The position numbers were made by a program, and so were the translations under genes. Below are positions 34,856 to 44,512 of a stretch of DNA of 56,597 bases, piece by piece. The stretch comes from a virus (taxonomy: Duplodnaviria > Caudoviricetes). The stretch spans positions 1 to 56,597 of the IMG/VR virus record IMGVR_UViG_3300030419_006978; one strand, given 5' to 3'. How positions within the stretch are numbered: the first letter of the stretch is position 1; each line of letters begins with the position of its first letter. The notes under the pieces are model-generated. The model worked only from the letters and a program-made list of their open reading frames with translations, had not been told where the DNA came from and did not search any database.

Positions 34856-37800
34856 CTAATCTTGTCGTTGCTCATCGAGGGAAACTAGATTCTTAGCAGA
34901 AAAGCTAGTTGAAAACCCATCAACACCCAGGCTGTTCTCGACCTCTATCACAACGTAATATCCACCAATAAGTAGTCTAGATAAAATATCTCCCCGAATT
35001 GCTGTAGCTCCAGAGCCAACAGTAATCGGATTCAAAAATACCAAGTCTCCACTTAGGAACAAATTGTTGCCAACAAGTTCCACGTCAGCATCATAAGGCT
35101 CCCTCAAATTCTCGAACCCCATCTCATCATTTCTCGTCAAATGGTGCTCGGCTACGCCCGGGAAGTCGGTTCTTTTAAATTTAATATTCTTAACTAGTCC
35201 ACGGTTCCTGCCAATTTCAAGATGGTATATTCCCTGCGCATGATCGGCTTTTCGATCCGGGGGGAAAGTAAACCTGTTTGCCTGCTTGCATATGCCGTAT
35301 AGATAATAATAATACTCAACCTCATCTACTGGCTTGCGAGCCGTATCCTTCTGAAAATCGACTCCTGTGCCAAAATTTTCTTTGATGTGGCTGACATTAT
35401 ATCTGACGCCTTTCTTAACTCGTTCTTCCGGCGGATCGTCTGTTGGTGCCGGGACACAAAACAAAGAAAATCCCGGGGTGATTCGATTTCTCTTCCCCAC
35501 ATCACCAAAACAGCTTGCCCCGATGGCAGGACCAAGAAGGTTTTTAATAAAAGACTCTAAGAACTGTCTCAAACTAAGTTCGTCAAGCCCCTTGTCAACC
35601 ACTTCTTTAAAATACCAAATATTAAATAGCTCAACCGATATCGGCACATCAGCTAAATTTACTACTTCAAGTTTGGGAACTTGTTCCCCCATGTAATTTT
35701 CCAAAACGAAAGGATTGAAATAAGCAATCGGTCCACAGAGAATTTTTATATTTTTAAATATCTCACTGTTCTTATACGCAGGGTTTGACCCCTGCTTCAG
35801 CACTTCACATGCAGAATCAATAATATCGCCCGCAAATGTATACTCTAGCTTAACACAGTCTCCAGCAAACGTTGGGATCTTTTCTTCCTTTTCCTTCTTC
35901 GCTTCGTCAGCGGGGTCTTCCGCATCCGGGTCTTGCCGATCAAAGCCCCCCTGATCTACCTCTCCTACGGTACCCTCCGTACAAAGCACATCGTCGAAGC
36001 CTTCGCGTTGTTGCCTTTCCACTTCAGCCTGAGACCCGTCCTTCGTCAGCTTCAGTTGTTTCCACTCTGGGTTCTGAGGATCGTCACCAGAGCGCCACTG
36101 GAACATGCCTAGCGCCTTCGGCTTAACATTGATGCTCCGAATCATGCGTCTGTTGTCTAGGATGTCCATGAGCTTATTGTGGGACTCTGCCCTGAGACGG
36201 GTTGCGACCGTGTCTCGCACTTCTTTTCTCTCTTCCTCGCTCAACTCGTCATCCTTGCCGTCCTTTGCCTTTTTTACTGCCTCATCCTTCGCGTCCTGTC
36301 TTCGCTTGGCATCAATATAAAATAAATTTGTAGCAGATGTGTCAAACTGTCCCTCTATCGCAGCCAACAAATCTATCTTCAGTTCCACAGTTCCATCAGG
36401 CTTAAAATCTAACGTATGTTTGTTCAGCCAGAGCCAAAAAGACTCTTGAGTATTTTTGATCGCTTTAATTTGGGTGTCTGTGAAATTAAGTTGCTTCTTA
36501 GTTTTGGCATTCGGTACAGCCCAGCCAGCAACGCATCGAATTTGAAAATACTTGGGCTCATAAATATATGATCCGTGAATTTTCCTGCCGTGCGAGTCTT
36601 TTACCTGTTCCTTTAATTTTTTCGGCGGTATAATAAGGTCCAAAAAGCTTGGCGGGTTTATATTTACGTCCCCGGCGCGGGCATTCTGAGTTGCAATCAG
36701 GTCTTCCAGCGACTGAAAGTGTAAAGTCAACTCCGACACAAACCTTCTTCCCTTGTCGCCCGGACTAGTTGATTTGTCTGTCCACTTAAAGTTCTTCACC
36801 CCAACCCCGGCGCCACGACCAACTCCAGAAGACGTTATTCTCCCTATGGTCATCTCGTCATAATGTGTGTTGAAGTGAAATTCATACTCAGCAACTGGCT
36901 TGTGAGAGTCGGTACCGGCTGCCCCTTGGGTTGCCCCTTTAAGACCGTAGAGCACCTTAAATATTCTGATTGTCGGAACTAGTGCCGAAATTTGTTCGTT
37001 AGAAAGTGTTAAAATTGCGTCGGCAAAGTCCCTCCTCTTAATTAAGTTCTGCACTGCTAACGGACTTTTAAGATCCCCACCGGGCTCAATTGGTATTATG
37101 TGCTCAAAATGTTTCGTGCCAGGTTTCTCGCGACCGAGTTTTTTGTGCAACTGTCCTATCGATGGATTCCCCATGGTCCTCATAAGGAAGCACTGCATAG
37201 AAAGGGCGTTTGCATCGAATGCTTCTTCTGGGCTAGCAACATCCTCTGCCGTAACACTGGCTAGCTGATCTAAGCCCTGTGCTACAGTAGTTTCGCGAGC
37301 AGTTGCCAGTAGACTCTTGGCATGCTCAGACTGTAGCATTGCTGCAATATACTCTTCCTCGCCGCAGCCAACTGGTAGTCCCGCTTCTTCGCAAAGCTTG
37401 TCTGTTTCTTCTGTTTTTTCTCCGTCCTTGAGAGAAGCTTCCCACTTTGATCTGTACTCTTTGTCCAGTTTGTCTTTTACATGCGCTTCTCTAGAGTCCT
37501 TAGTCTCGGGTCCGTCTAGCTCCTCTCGCTCATCCGCAATTACTTCTGCCCATGGTCCGGACAAAGTTTCACTTGCCGTACCCCTGTAGAACATGATGCA
37601 TTCATTAACGGGGGTGACAATGCGTTGCCCTCTGTTGCGGTTACCTCCGGCGATGCGGGTGTTTTCCTTCACTGTGCGCTGAAACATGCGCGTAACATCA
37701 TGTAGCTTTGGCAAAAACGGTCTTTTAATGGCGCCTGCGTCTGCGTTAGGGAAAAATTCTCCGGGCTTTTCGTTCATTGCCATGGACGCGCCGACGAGCG

Positions 37801-38230
37801 CCGCACGTTTAAACCAGCCCGCACCGATGTGTCGCTGATTCCAGGTGTTGCCATCATGGGCAACACCCATTGCTACTGGGTTGCTTGTTGTAGAACTGGG
37901 GTCGGCAGGGTATGCAACTCTTACAAGAAAGTCGGTCTCTCCACGAGGGATCTGTGCGGCATTCATTACGGCGCCTTGCTGTGCCCAAAAACCATCCGTT
38001 TTCCAAGAGGAGGGAATATCATTTCCCCACCAAATTGTAACCATGTACCTGCATGCCAAGCGAGTGTCGCCATAATTCGCCAAAACGTTCCACTCTCTTT
38101 CGCCAAAATGGAGCGGGCTCTTGCCGCCTTGGTCCGGAACGCCGGTAGTGGTACCGGGAGCGTGTCGCCCGCCAGCACTCCAGGCAGTGCCCTCTGCCCA
38201 CTTGCCACTCTTGTAAGTTATCTTACCCAT
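34856..38230 (-). CDS. Large baseplate hub-like protein
   Basis: Position after the LysM-like gene; C-terminal DVELVGN...GDLVFL...GYYVVIEVENSL...GFST resembles gp27/gpD-type hubs. Confidence 0.6.
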   Translation of the reverse strand: MGKITYKSGKWAEGTAWSAGGRHAPGTTTGVPDQGGKSPLHFGEREWNVLANYGDTRLACRYMVTIWWGNDIPSSWKTDGFWAQQGAVMNAAQIPRGETDFLVRVAYPADPSSTTSNPVAMGVAHDGNTWNQRHIGAGWFKRAALVGASMAMNEKPGEFFPNADAGAIKRPFLPKLHDVTRMFQRTVKENTRIAGGNRNRGQRIVTPVNECIMFYRGTASETLSGPWAEVIADEREELDGPETKDSREAHVKDKLDKEYRSKWEASLKDGEKTEETDKLCEEAGLPVGCGEEEYIAAMLQSEHAKSLLATARETTVAQGLDQLASVTAEDVASPEEAFDANALSMQCFLMRTMGNPSIGQLHKKLGREKPGTKHFEHIIPIEPGGDLKSPLAVQNLIKRRDFADAILTLSNEQISALVPTIRIFKVLYGLKGATQGAAGTDSHKPVAEYEFHFNTHYDEMTIGRITSSGVGRGAGVGVKNFKWTDKSTSPGDKGRRFVSELTLHFQSLEDLIATQNARAGDVNINPPSFLDLIIPPKKLKEQVKDSHGRKIHGSYIYEPKYFQIRCVAGWAVPNAKTKKQLNFTDTQIKAIKNTQESFWLWLNKHTLDFKPDGTVELKIDLLAAIEGQFDTSATNLFYIDAKRRQDAKDEAVKKAKDGKDDELSEEERKEVRDTVATRLRAESHNKLMDILDNRRMIRSINVKPKALGMFQWRSGDDPQNPEWKQLKLTKDGSQAEVERQQREGFDDVLCTEGTVGEVDQGGFDRQDPDAEDPADEAKKEKEEKIPTFAGDCVKLEYTFAGDIIDSACEVLKQGSNPAYKNSEIFKNIKILCGPIAYFNPFVLENYMGEQVPKLEVVNLADVPISVELFNIWYFKEVVDKGLDELSLRQFLESFIKNLLGPAIGASCFGDVGKRNRITPGFSLFCVPAPTDDPPEERVKKGVRYNVSHIKENFGTGVDFQKDTARKPVDEVEYYYYLYGICKQANRFTFPPDRKADHAQGIYHLEIGRNRGLVKNIKFKRTDFPGVAEHHLTRNDEMGFENLREPYDADVELVGNNLFLSGDLVFLNPITVGSGATAIRGDILSRLLIGGYYVVIEVENSLGVDGFSTSFSAKNLVSLDEQRQD

Positions 38231-38565
38231 TAAACCCTCATGTAATTCAGCACAGTATCAAGCGGCATGGGAATCTCGACAACGTCGCCAATTTTAACGT
38301 GGGATTCTGTAGGCTTACGATTAAACCAAGCTATGACCCACCAGTACTCGGATGCCCCATAGTGCTTATAGGCTAATTTGTAATACCTGTCGCCAACTTG
38401 CCATACGTGCCCGATGATATCCAAGGTACCGCGTTCTTTAGCAGTTGGGTGCCTTAATTTCTGTGTTGCAAATTGGTCAACATGCTGTAAGCCTCTCTCG
38501 TCCAAGACCTCCTTGTGCTGCTTTGTTGCATTTCGAAAAACTTTTTTATTTGCGTAACGTGACAT
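38230..38565 (-). CDS. LysM/gp53/tail-X-like baseplate protein
   Basis: HVWQVGDRYYKLAYKHYGASEYWWVIAWFN...GDVVEIP. Confidence 0.85.
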   Translation of the reverse strand: MSRYANKKVFRNATKQHKEVLDERGLQHVDQFATQKLRHPTAKERGTLDIIGHVWQVGDRYYKLAYKHYGASEYWWVIAWFNRKPTESHVKIGDVVEIPMPLDTVLNYMRV

Positions 38566-38568
38566 ATA

Positions 38569-39354
38569 TTACTCCAGAATCCCGCTCCCAGGATCAGTGT
38601 CATCCTCGATGCCATCTATACTCCCGGGAGGCGAGCCCGATCTGCTAGGGCTGTCTGGTCCTATAACAGAGTGCCCTGCGGGACCGTTAGGAAATGGAAG
38701 AGCCTCGGTGCCGCTCGGAGACTTCACACCATATGGGAACTCTGGTGCCGAAACCTCTTTGCCCTGTGGGGCAACCTCTTCCCCGCCAGGACCGGGAGTG
38801 CCAGAAGGCTCGAAACCTTTTCCAAATTCTCCCGAAGTCGTCCAGCCAGTCAGGTGCTCGTGCAGTACTGTCAATTCAGTACTGAAGCTTACAGTCTTTG
38901 GAACCAGTTTGCCACCTGCCGAATCCCAGAACAACCCCACATCCAATGCTGGCTGATATGAGGTGCCGTTTAGTGCACAAATTAAACCGCCGTTGCCACC
39001 GCCCCGCCTAGAGCCAATCCAGTTGACAAACTCAACCCGGATAAGGGGTGGGGCTGCAATCATAGCCGCGCCGCCATGACCCTTCTCATATGTTGGGTAT
39101 AAAAGCTGAATAAATTTTTGAGCCTCGTTCATGTTCGCCTCAGCCTCGTGTTGAGATGCCGCAACTGTATCCCAAGCTAAGCTAATTGTTCTTTGGGTGT
39201 TCTGGAACGTCATCATTGGGTCCATGCGACCAAACAAGTTTTCCGAATTCCAATTCGAAGAATAGTTGTCCGAGAAATCTGTTATCCAGGCAAGGAACCG
39301 CGCCGATTTCTTCGTGGCTATGTGTGTAAAAATTATTTCTACCTTATCCGACAT
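38569..39354 (-). CDS. Baseplate/tail-tube initiator protein
   Basis: FSDNYSSNW..FGRMDP..FQNTQRTISL, APPLIRV; follows the tape measure. Confidence 0.7.
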   Translation of the reverse strand: MSDKVEIIFTHIATKKSARFLAWITDFSDNYSSNWNSENLFGRMDPMMTFQNTQRTISLAWDTVAASQHEAEANMNEAQKFIQLLYPTYEKGHGGAAMIAAPPLIRVEFVNWIGSRRGGGNGGLICALNGTSYQPALDVGLFWDSAGGKLVPKTVSFSTELTVLHEHLTGWTTSGEFGKGFEPSGTPGPGGEEVAPQGKEVSAPEFPYGVKSPSGTEALPFPNGPAGHSVIGPDSPSRSGSPPGSIDGIEDDTDPGSGILE

Positions 39355-39365
39355 AATTTAATTCC

Positions 39366-42335
39366 TTAACGTGTCTTGCCCCTGGTGTACATGCCGTCGT
39401 CACGGCACGAGTCCTGGGCAATTCCCTCAACCCAAGATTGTACCGCGCTTCTTGCCTTTCTATCAACTGTTTCGTCGCCAATCTTTATAACTAGATCCTT
39501 TCTCGCCATTTCTTTATAAAGCTGCGAACGTTTCTGCCCCTCTGCTGCTAAGTTTTCAACCGCCTTGGCTAGGGAATCAACTTGTATACTTAACTTCTGC
39601 GTTGCCCCGCCGCCCGCTGCAGCAGTGCTGGCTGCGGCTTCTGCTACACCAGTGAATGCTGTAGCTAGGGCGACCGTCTTGACCGCAGGAATAGCATCTA
39701 TCGCCTCGGCAACTTCTGCGAACGTAGTGCCAATGATAGATAGACCCGCTGCATTGTCTACCAGCCCAAGCATTGCCTCAAACAACCATGTCAAGGGTAT
39801 AACAACTAGTGCGACAGCGAGTGCCATTATCATGAACGCAGCAGTAAGGGCAGCAATTCCTGCCACAGTAACTGGGATTGCGGGGAGCATCAGCATCATC
39901 ATTCCCATCACCCCCATCAGTGAGAGGGCGAGTATCCCCATCGCCATGGCGACAGACATAATCTTCCCTGCATCCATTTCGGCAAAAGCCTTAACAAATT
40001 GTGCCATACCCAGTGCTGCGATTGCTACACCAACCCCCATAAGCAGGAACGCACCACCAAGAGCCCAGATTATTGGCACTAGAGTAGCGCCCATGATCGC
40101 AGCTGCGAGCAATATGGGCATAATCATCATAAATGTGTACGCCAAGCCCAACATCGTAGCGCCGAAGATGGCAAGCGCAAGAGAGATGGCGAGGATCTGA
40201 CCCGGGTCCATCCCGGCAAAAGCCTTAACGAACACCGACATACCCAGTGCAGCAATCGCTACAGCTGCACCCATGAGCAGGAACGCGAAGCCAATAGCTA
40301 TAATTAATCCAGCAGCAGCAATGCCAATGCCAGAATATACCAAGAGTCCGAACACTACCAACATGGCAACCATCGTAGCGCCGAAGACAAGGAGCGCGAC
40401 TGAGATAGCGAGAATCTGACCCGCGTCGAAACCGGCAAATGATTCCACAAGCATGGAAACGCCCCAAGCAGCGAGAGCAACCGCACCGCCTATCATCAAA
40501 AACGCAGCGCCGACAGCCAAGATAACGGGAACTGCCGACTGAGCCCTGGATGACACGCTTTCCATACCGTCGCCTATCGATCTGATCGCGTCCTCGGCGC
40601 CCTCTCCCGCCTCTGAGAGCAGTTTGTCGACCGATTCGGCTAGTGTGTCAACAACCGGCTTGACAGCCTCTGAGAGACCTTCTCCGAACGCCTTGCCCAC
40701 ATCCTTAGACCAGCCCACTAGCCACTTCTTCAGGAGGAAGAGCATGAGCTTGAGGGCTAGCAACCCAACAACCCAGCTGGCGAGGAAGGCTACAAGCAAT
40801 TGTCCATCGGATAGTTTCAAGAGCCAGTCTGCGAAAGATTTGAGCAAATTAAGAACCGGTGTGATCACTGGCTCCAGCGTGCCCCAGGCTTTCTGATATA
40901 CCTGCTTCCATTTCTCTGCTACGCTGATCCCGGCGGTGATCATATCATTATAATCTTTAGCGTTTGCCTGGGCTCGCTCAGCCTCTCTTTGCTGATAATC
41001 GAACTCTTCTAGTGTCGTGCCAAACAGATTGCCTGCTTCGTTGAGATCGCTAATCCCTGCGGCTGAAGCATATGCTTGTCTTTCGAACTCACCCATGGTC
41101 GCCCAGGATTTACCAGACGCCTCCATAGTCCCAATCAACATCCTGATTTGCTCATCGTAGCTTGCATTAAGGAAATCGATACTGTTTAAGAACGGACCGC
41201 CTAGCATCGCGTTTAATCGACCCGCAGCAGACGCTGCACCATCCCATGTTTTATATTGCGAGACCATACCCAGGAGCGCTCCGACCTCCACTCCTGTTGC
41301 CTTTGCTGCTGCCATGACTTTCTTGAACGCATCGGGCGCGTCTTTTCCGAAACGTGCTATGTGGGGCATTGATGCTTCAAATGTCTGCACCATCTTTCCT
41401 ACCGGCAAGTCAAGTTGCTTAGCTGCCATGGCAACACTCTTAACTGCGCTAATTGCGCCAGCTTCGCTATGACCCATGGAGCGCGTTAACGAATTGACTA
41501 AACTAACCGTCGTCTCGGCACTAACACCAAGTGCCTGCAGTTCATTCCCCAAGCCGATGAGCGTGGCACGCATTGTCGCGCCCATACGGTTAAAGTTAGC
41601 CATGCCCCCCATGAGAGCCAGCAGAGACTCCCCAGATTCTTTTGCGGTAGCGCCGTAAATTCGGGTATTTTGGGTTACTTCCCAAATCTCTTTATTGAAT
41701 TTTCCGCCAGCACCAGCTGCAGCATTAAACGCCGGGAGCGCCGACTCCAGTTCAAGAACAACAGCAGTAATGCCTTCAACGACCATGTCGAAGGCAGACC
41801 CCGCTATGTTAACCGAGTTTAAAAGATCGTCAAATTGAACTACACCCAGATATGCAGCATTAGCAAAGTCACCTGTGTTCTGTGAAAGCTCAACTATGTT
41901 TCCTAGAAGAGAATCGCTTTTATCATCAACAAGGGAGAAGAAGCTTCCAATCTCCTTCATCTTACCGCCGATTTGGGTCTGAAGTTCTAGAGATTTCTCT
42001 TGAGCGTCGTAGCTCTTCATCAAAAGCTGGTAACTTAAGAGTTCTTGCTGGTATTTGTCTTCTTCTAGATCGCCCTTGTCGCGGGCGGTCTTCATCATCT
42101 TAAAGTGAGCCTCAGCTTCGGCTCTCTGAAGCTTGAGTTTAGTATCCGCGAGCTTTACTTCTTCATTGACAAGATCAATTAGTTTTTTGTGTTTGCCCAG
42201 GTGGGCTTCGGTTGCTTTAACTGCGGCTTCCTGGGCGTCAACCGCATCCCGCATGCGCTTCGCGTACTGTTCCGCGTCCTCGTTGAGCCTCTGCCACTCC
42301 TCGCTCGTTATGCCTGGGTTTTTTGGATCGGTCAC
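39366..42335 (-). CDS. Tail tape-measure protein
   Basis: 989 aa, Ala-rich helical, repeated hydrophobic segments; between chaperone and baseplate genes. Confidence 0.88.
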   Translation of the reverse strand: MTDPKNPGITSEEWQRLNEDAEQYAKRMRDAVDAQEAAVKATEAHLGKHKKLIDLVNEEVKLADTKLKLQRAEAEAHFKMMKTARDKGDLEEDKYQQELLSYQLLMKSYDAQEKSLELQTQIGGKMKEIGSFFSLVDDKSDSLLGNIVELSQNTGDFANAAYLGVVQFDDLLNSVNIAGSAFDMVVEGITAVVLELESALPAFNAAAGAGGKFNKEIWEVTQNTRIYGATAKESGESLLALMGGMANFNRMGATMRATLIGLGNELQALGVSAETTVSLVNSLTRSMGHSEAGAISAVKSVAMAAKQLDLPVGKMVQTFEASMPHIARFGKDAPDAFKKVMAAAKATGVEVGALLGMVSQYKTWDGAASAAGRLNAMLGGPFLNSIDFLNASYDEQIRMLIGTMEASGKSWATMGEFERQAYASAAGISDLNEAGNLFGTTLEEFDYQQREAERAQANAKDYNDMITAGISVAEKWKQVYQKAWGTLEPVITPVLNLLKSFADWLLKLSDGQLLVAFLASWVVGLLALKLMLFLLKKWLVGWSKDVGKAFGEGLSEAVKPVVDTLAESVDKLLSEAGEGAEDAIRSIGDGMESVSSRAQSAVPVILAVGAAFLMIGGAVALAAWGVSMLVESFAGFDAGQILAISVALLVFGATMVAMLVVFGLLVYSGIGIAAAGLIIAIGFAFLLMGAAVAIAALGMSVFVKAFAGMDPGQILAISLALAIFGATMLGLAYTFMMIMPILLAAAIMGATLVPIIWALGGAFLLMGVGVAIAALGMAQFVKAFAEMDAGKIMSVAMAMGILALSLMGVMGMMMLMLPAIPVTVAGIAALTAAFMIMALAVALVVIPLTWLFEAMLGLVDNAAGLSIIGTTFAEVAEAIDAIPAVKTVALATAFTGVAEAAASTAAAGGGATQKLSIQVDSLAKAVENLAAEGQKRSQLYKEMARKDLVIKIGDETVDRKARSAVQSWVEGIAQDSCRDDGMYTRGKTR
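39930..40510 (-). repeat. Three degenerate hydrophobic repeats of about 77 aa in the tape measure
   Basis: AFLxxGxxVAxAAxGxxxxVxxFAxxDxGxIxxxxxA recurs three times; boundaries approximate. Confidence 0.75.
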
Positions 42336-42347
42336 CGGTTACTGCCC

Positions 42348-42689
42348 CTACTTAATGGGCCACTTTAGCCCAGTTTCTTTTTCGAATCCCTGCACTGCAG
42401 ATTCTAAGCGATGCCTGCTGGAGAGAGTTCTTGGGTCGTCTAGACCATAACGTAGGTAGGCATCCATATACCTTTTTTCACCGCCAATCGCACCCACAAA
42501 AGAATCGATTTCACTTTTGCGTCCGCGAACTTTAATTGTCTGACCATATCCCTTTCCGAACATCCTGTTCAGAATATGTTTTATGACCGTTCCAAACCTT
42601 CGGAGAAGTACCTCATCTAGCTCTCCCCTGCGTGCCACTCCCAAGTCAAGCACTAACGGCTGCAGGCTATCTTCTTGCAGGTTTTCCAT
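42348..42689 (-). CDS. Hypothetical late protein
   Basis: GGAGG RBS; late motif at 42720-42727. Confidence 0.75.
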   Translation of the reverse strand: MENLQEDSLQPLVLDLGVARRGELDEVLLRRFGTVIKHILNRMFGKGYGQTIKVRGRKSEIDSFVGAIGGEKRYMDAYLRYGLDDPRTLSSRHRLESAVQGFEKETGLKWPIK

Positions 42690-42719
42690 ATAAGTTCCTC
42701 CAGACGGACCTCGTCTTAA

Positions 42720-42727
42720 TAATTAGT
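42720..42727 (-). promoter_or_regulatory. Putative late promoter ACTAATTA for the tape measure/baseplate operon
   Basis: Recurring motif directly after a terminator. Confidence 0.7.
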
Positions 42728-42738
42728 AAATAAAAAAA

Positions 42739-42768
42739 GAAAAGGTCAGTGATGTCACCGACCTTTTC
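42739..42768 (-). terminator. Intrinsic terminator
   Basis: GAAAAGGTCGGTGA/TCACTGACCTTTTC stem followed by a long T tract. Confidence 0.85.
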
Positions 42769-42792
42769 AATCAATACTTAAATATGTTTGTC

Positions 42793-43002
42793 CTATCTAC
42801 GTTTAGATTTGGATTTAGCCTTTCGTGATGCGGCATCATGAGCTTCTTTCTCTTTCTTAAACTGATCGGACAAGCGCTGCATGAACCACCTTCTAAGCTT
42901 AACGGGTAAATTATATGCCTCTATAAAACTCCAGCCACCGTGATATTTAAGTAGAAAAAATTGTTCATACACATTAGCCATGTACTCGTCGCTTAGGCCA
43001 AA
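42793..43002 (-). CDS. Second tail-chaperone frame (gpT-like), probably reached by frameshift
   Basis: FGLSDEYMANVYEQFFLLKYHGGWSFIEAYNLPVKLRRWF; overlaps the upstream ORF in the +1 frame. Confidence 0.7.
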   Translation of the reverse strand, partial: FGLSDEYMANVYEQFFLLKYHGGWSFIEAYNLPVKLRRWFMQRLSDQFKKEKEAHDAASRKAKSKSKRR

Positions 43003-43837
43003 AGAATTCCGCTGTAAACGGAACCTCCGTATCTGCCTCATAAGAGCACGCCTGGCATGTGAAGGTTTGGATTAAATCTAAGTTTGGAATTGCCTTGCGG
43101 TAGGCGGTTCTCAAAAAATGCGAGTCCAACGTTGGCATGCTGTTGATGAACTGATTAATGTGAGATCTATCTTCGGAACCATTAACCGAAACGATAAATT
43201 GCTTAAGCTGATCCGTTAATAATGATTCCGGAAGCTTCTTTCTACGCTTGTTTTCTGTCATTTGCGACAAGTGTAATTCGTCTTTGCTGGTAAGCGGTCG
43301 AAACTCAACTTGAACGCCCGACTTAGGCACAGTAACTAAGAAAGTGTTGTTCGTAGTTCTGGTTATCTCATCCGTCTCGGCGGCATCAAGCACCCCGACC
43401 TCATCCAAATCAAAAGATTGGTCTGAAACTTCCATGCAAGCGGGACATGTAATTTTTGCCTCATATTCTGAGCCATAGCCAGTAATACGAGCAGCCACAA
43501 TTATAGCATTCTTGTCGCCAATTATTAGGTCCTCTACTTTGACCTTTTTGTCAACAAGTACATTTTGAATAAACCGATCAACGGCTATCCCCTTCTTTAA
43601 AAGGGTCTTTGAGGCTAAAATATCCTCATCCTTGGCGGTCATGTATCTGATCTCAACAGTTTCCTGACCGTGAAGGGGGTGTGACTCTGGATATAGCTCC
43701 CCTTTTGTTGGCAGTTCCACAAATTCAGTCGGGGTGACGAATTGTAAAGGAGCCTGTTCGGCTGTTCCCGTGAGCGCCTCCACGGGAGGTGTTTGATCCG
43801 GCACTGCACCAGTGCGGTCTTCATTATTTCTTGGCAT
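42974..43837 (-). CDS. Tail/baseplate assembly chaperone (T4 gp26-like, at the gpG position)
   Basis: VELPTKG.LYP, IRYMTAKDEDIL, ARITGYG, CPAC, CQAC, EFFWP. Confidence 0.8.
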   Translation of the reverse strand: MPRNNEDRTGAVPDQTPPVEALTGTAEQAPLQFVTPTEFVELPTKGELYPESHPLHGQETVEIRYMTAKDEDILASKTLLKKGIAVDRFIQNVLVDKKVKVEDLIIGDKNAIIVAARITGYGSEYEAKITCPACMEVSDQSFDLDEVGVLDAAETDEITRTTNNTFLVTVPKSGVQVEFRPLTSKDELHLSQMTENKRRKKLPESLLTDQLKQFIVSVNGSEDRSHINQFINSMPTLDSHFLRTAYRKAIPNLDLIQTFTCQACSYEADTEVPFTAEFFWPKRRVHG

Positions 43838-43870
43838 TAATTACCTCTCTTCCTTTCAAGGTATGTAAAG

Positions 43871-43899
43871 AGTATAGCAGGCTTTGTTTAAATTTTAAA
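43871..43899 (-). promoter_or_regulatory. Possible extended -10 sigma70 promoter for the chaperone gene
   Basis: TTTAAA-N14-TGC-TATACT. Confidence 0.45.
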
Positions 43900-43908
43900 A
43901 TAATTTAT

Positions 43909-44457
43909 TTATCGCTGAACAGGGTTGTAGCTAGCCCAATCGAACCGAAGAGTCAGGGTGACATCAATCAGGTCGTCGCCAGAATAATCAAAATCACCAA
44001 ACTTTACCGCTTGAACCCAGCAGTTCTGGAGTGCCCACTCGTCCGCGACGTTGCCATCACCATCGAGTGCCCTAATTACAACACCATTGATACCAAACTC
44101 GGTTGCCTTTTTCTTAGAAACGATTGCCTGCTTGGCATCTTCAAAGGTGTTCGGCTCATTCCAGCCCATTCCCTCGCTCGATCCTGCGCCTAGTGCTTCC
44201 CACATAATATTAGAAGCATTTGGACTAACTGGATCAACAAGGGTTACATCGAGAGTCTCCCACTCTACAACACCGGGGAAATAAAACTTATGGCTAAGGA
44301 ATCTATGCTCTGCCTCTGTTACACTGAAACTTGGTCGACCAGAAGTCTTAACCAAGTAAGAAACTGTCTGTCCCGTCTGACCCAAATTCATCTCAAGTAT
44401 AAATCTATTTTGACGCTTTGGTACTAAACTCCTATCTGCCCAATATGTATCTGCCAT
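43909..44457 (-). CDS. Tail tube protein (gp19-like)
   Basis: PKRQNRF, RPSF, YFPGVVEW, LDGDG...EW.L..CW, FGDFDY, LRFDWA; follows the sheath. Confidence 0.9.
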   Translation of the reverse strand: MADTYWADRSLVPKRQNRFILEMNLGQTGQTVSYLVKTSGRPSFSVTEAEHRFLSHKFYFPGVVEWETLDVTLVDPVSPNASNIMWEALGAGSSEGMGWNEPNTFEDAKQAIVSKKKATEFGINGVVIRALDGDGNVADEWALQNCWVQAVKFGDFDYSGDDLIDVTLTLRFDWASYNPVQR

Positions 44458-44477
44458 CTCTATTTATCTCCCTGTTG

Positions 44478-44508
44478 TAAATAGTGAGGGGAGGAAAAAC
44501 CACCCCTC
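44478..44508 (-). promoter_or_regulatory. Hairpin (44486-44508) abutting late motif ACTATTTA (44478-44485) between sheath and tube
   Basis: GAGGGGTGG...CCTCCCCTC then ACTATTTA. Confidence 0.65.
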
Positions 44509-44512
44509 AGTT

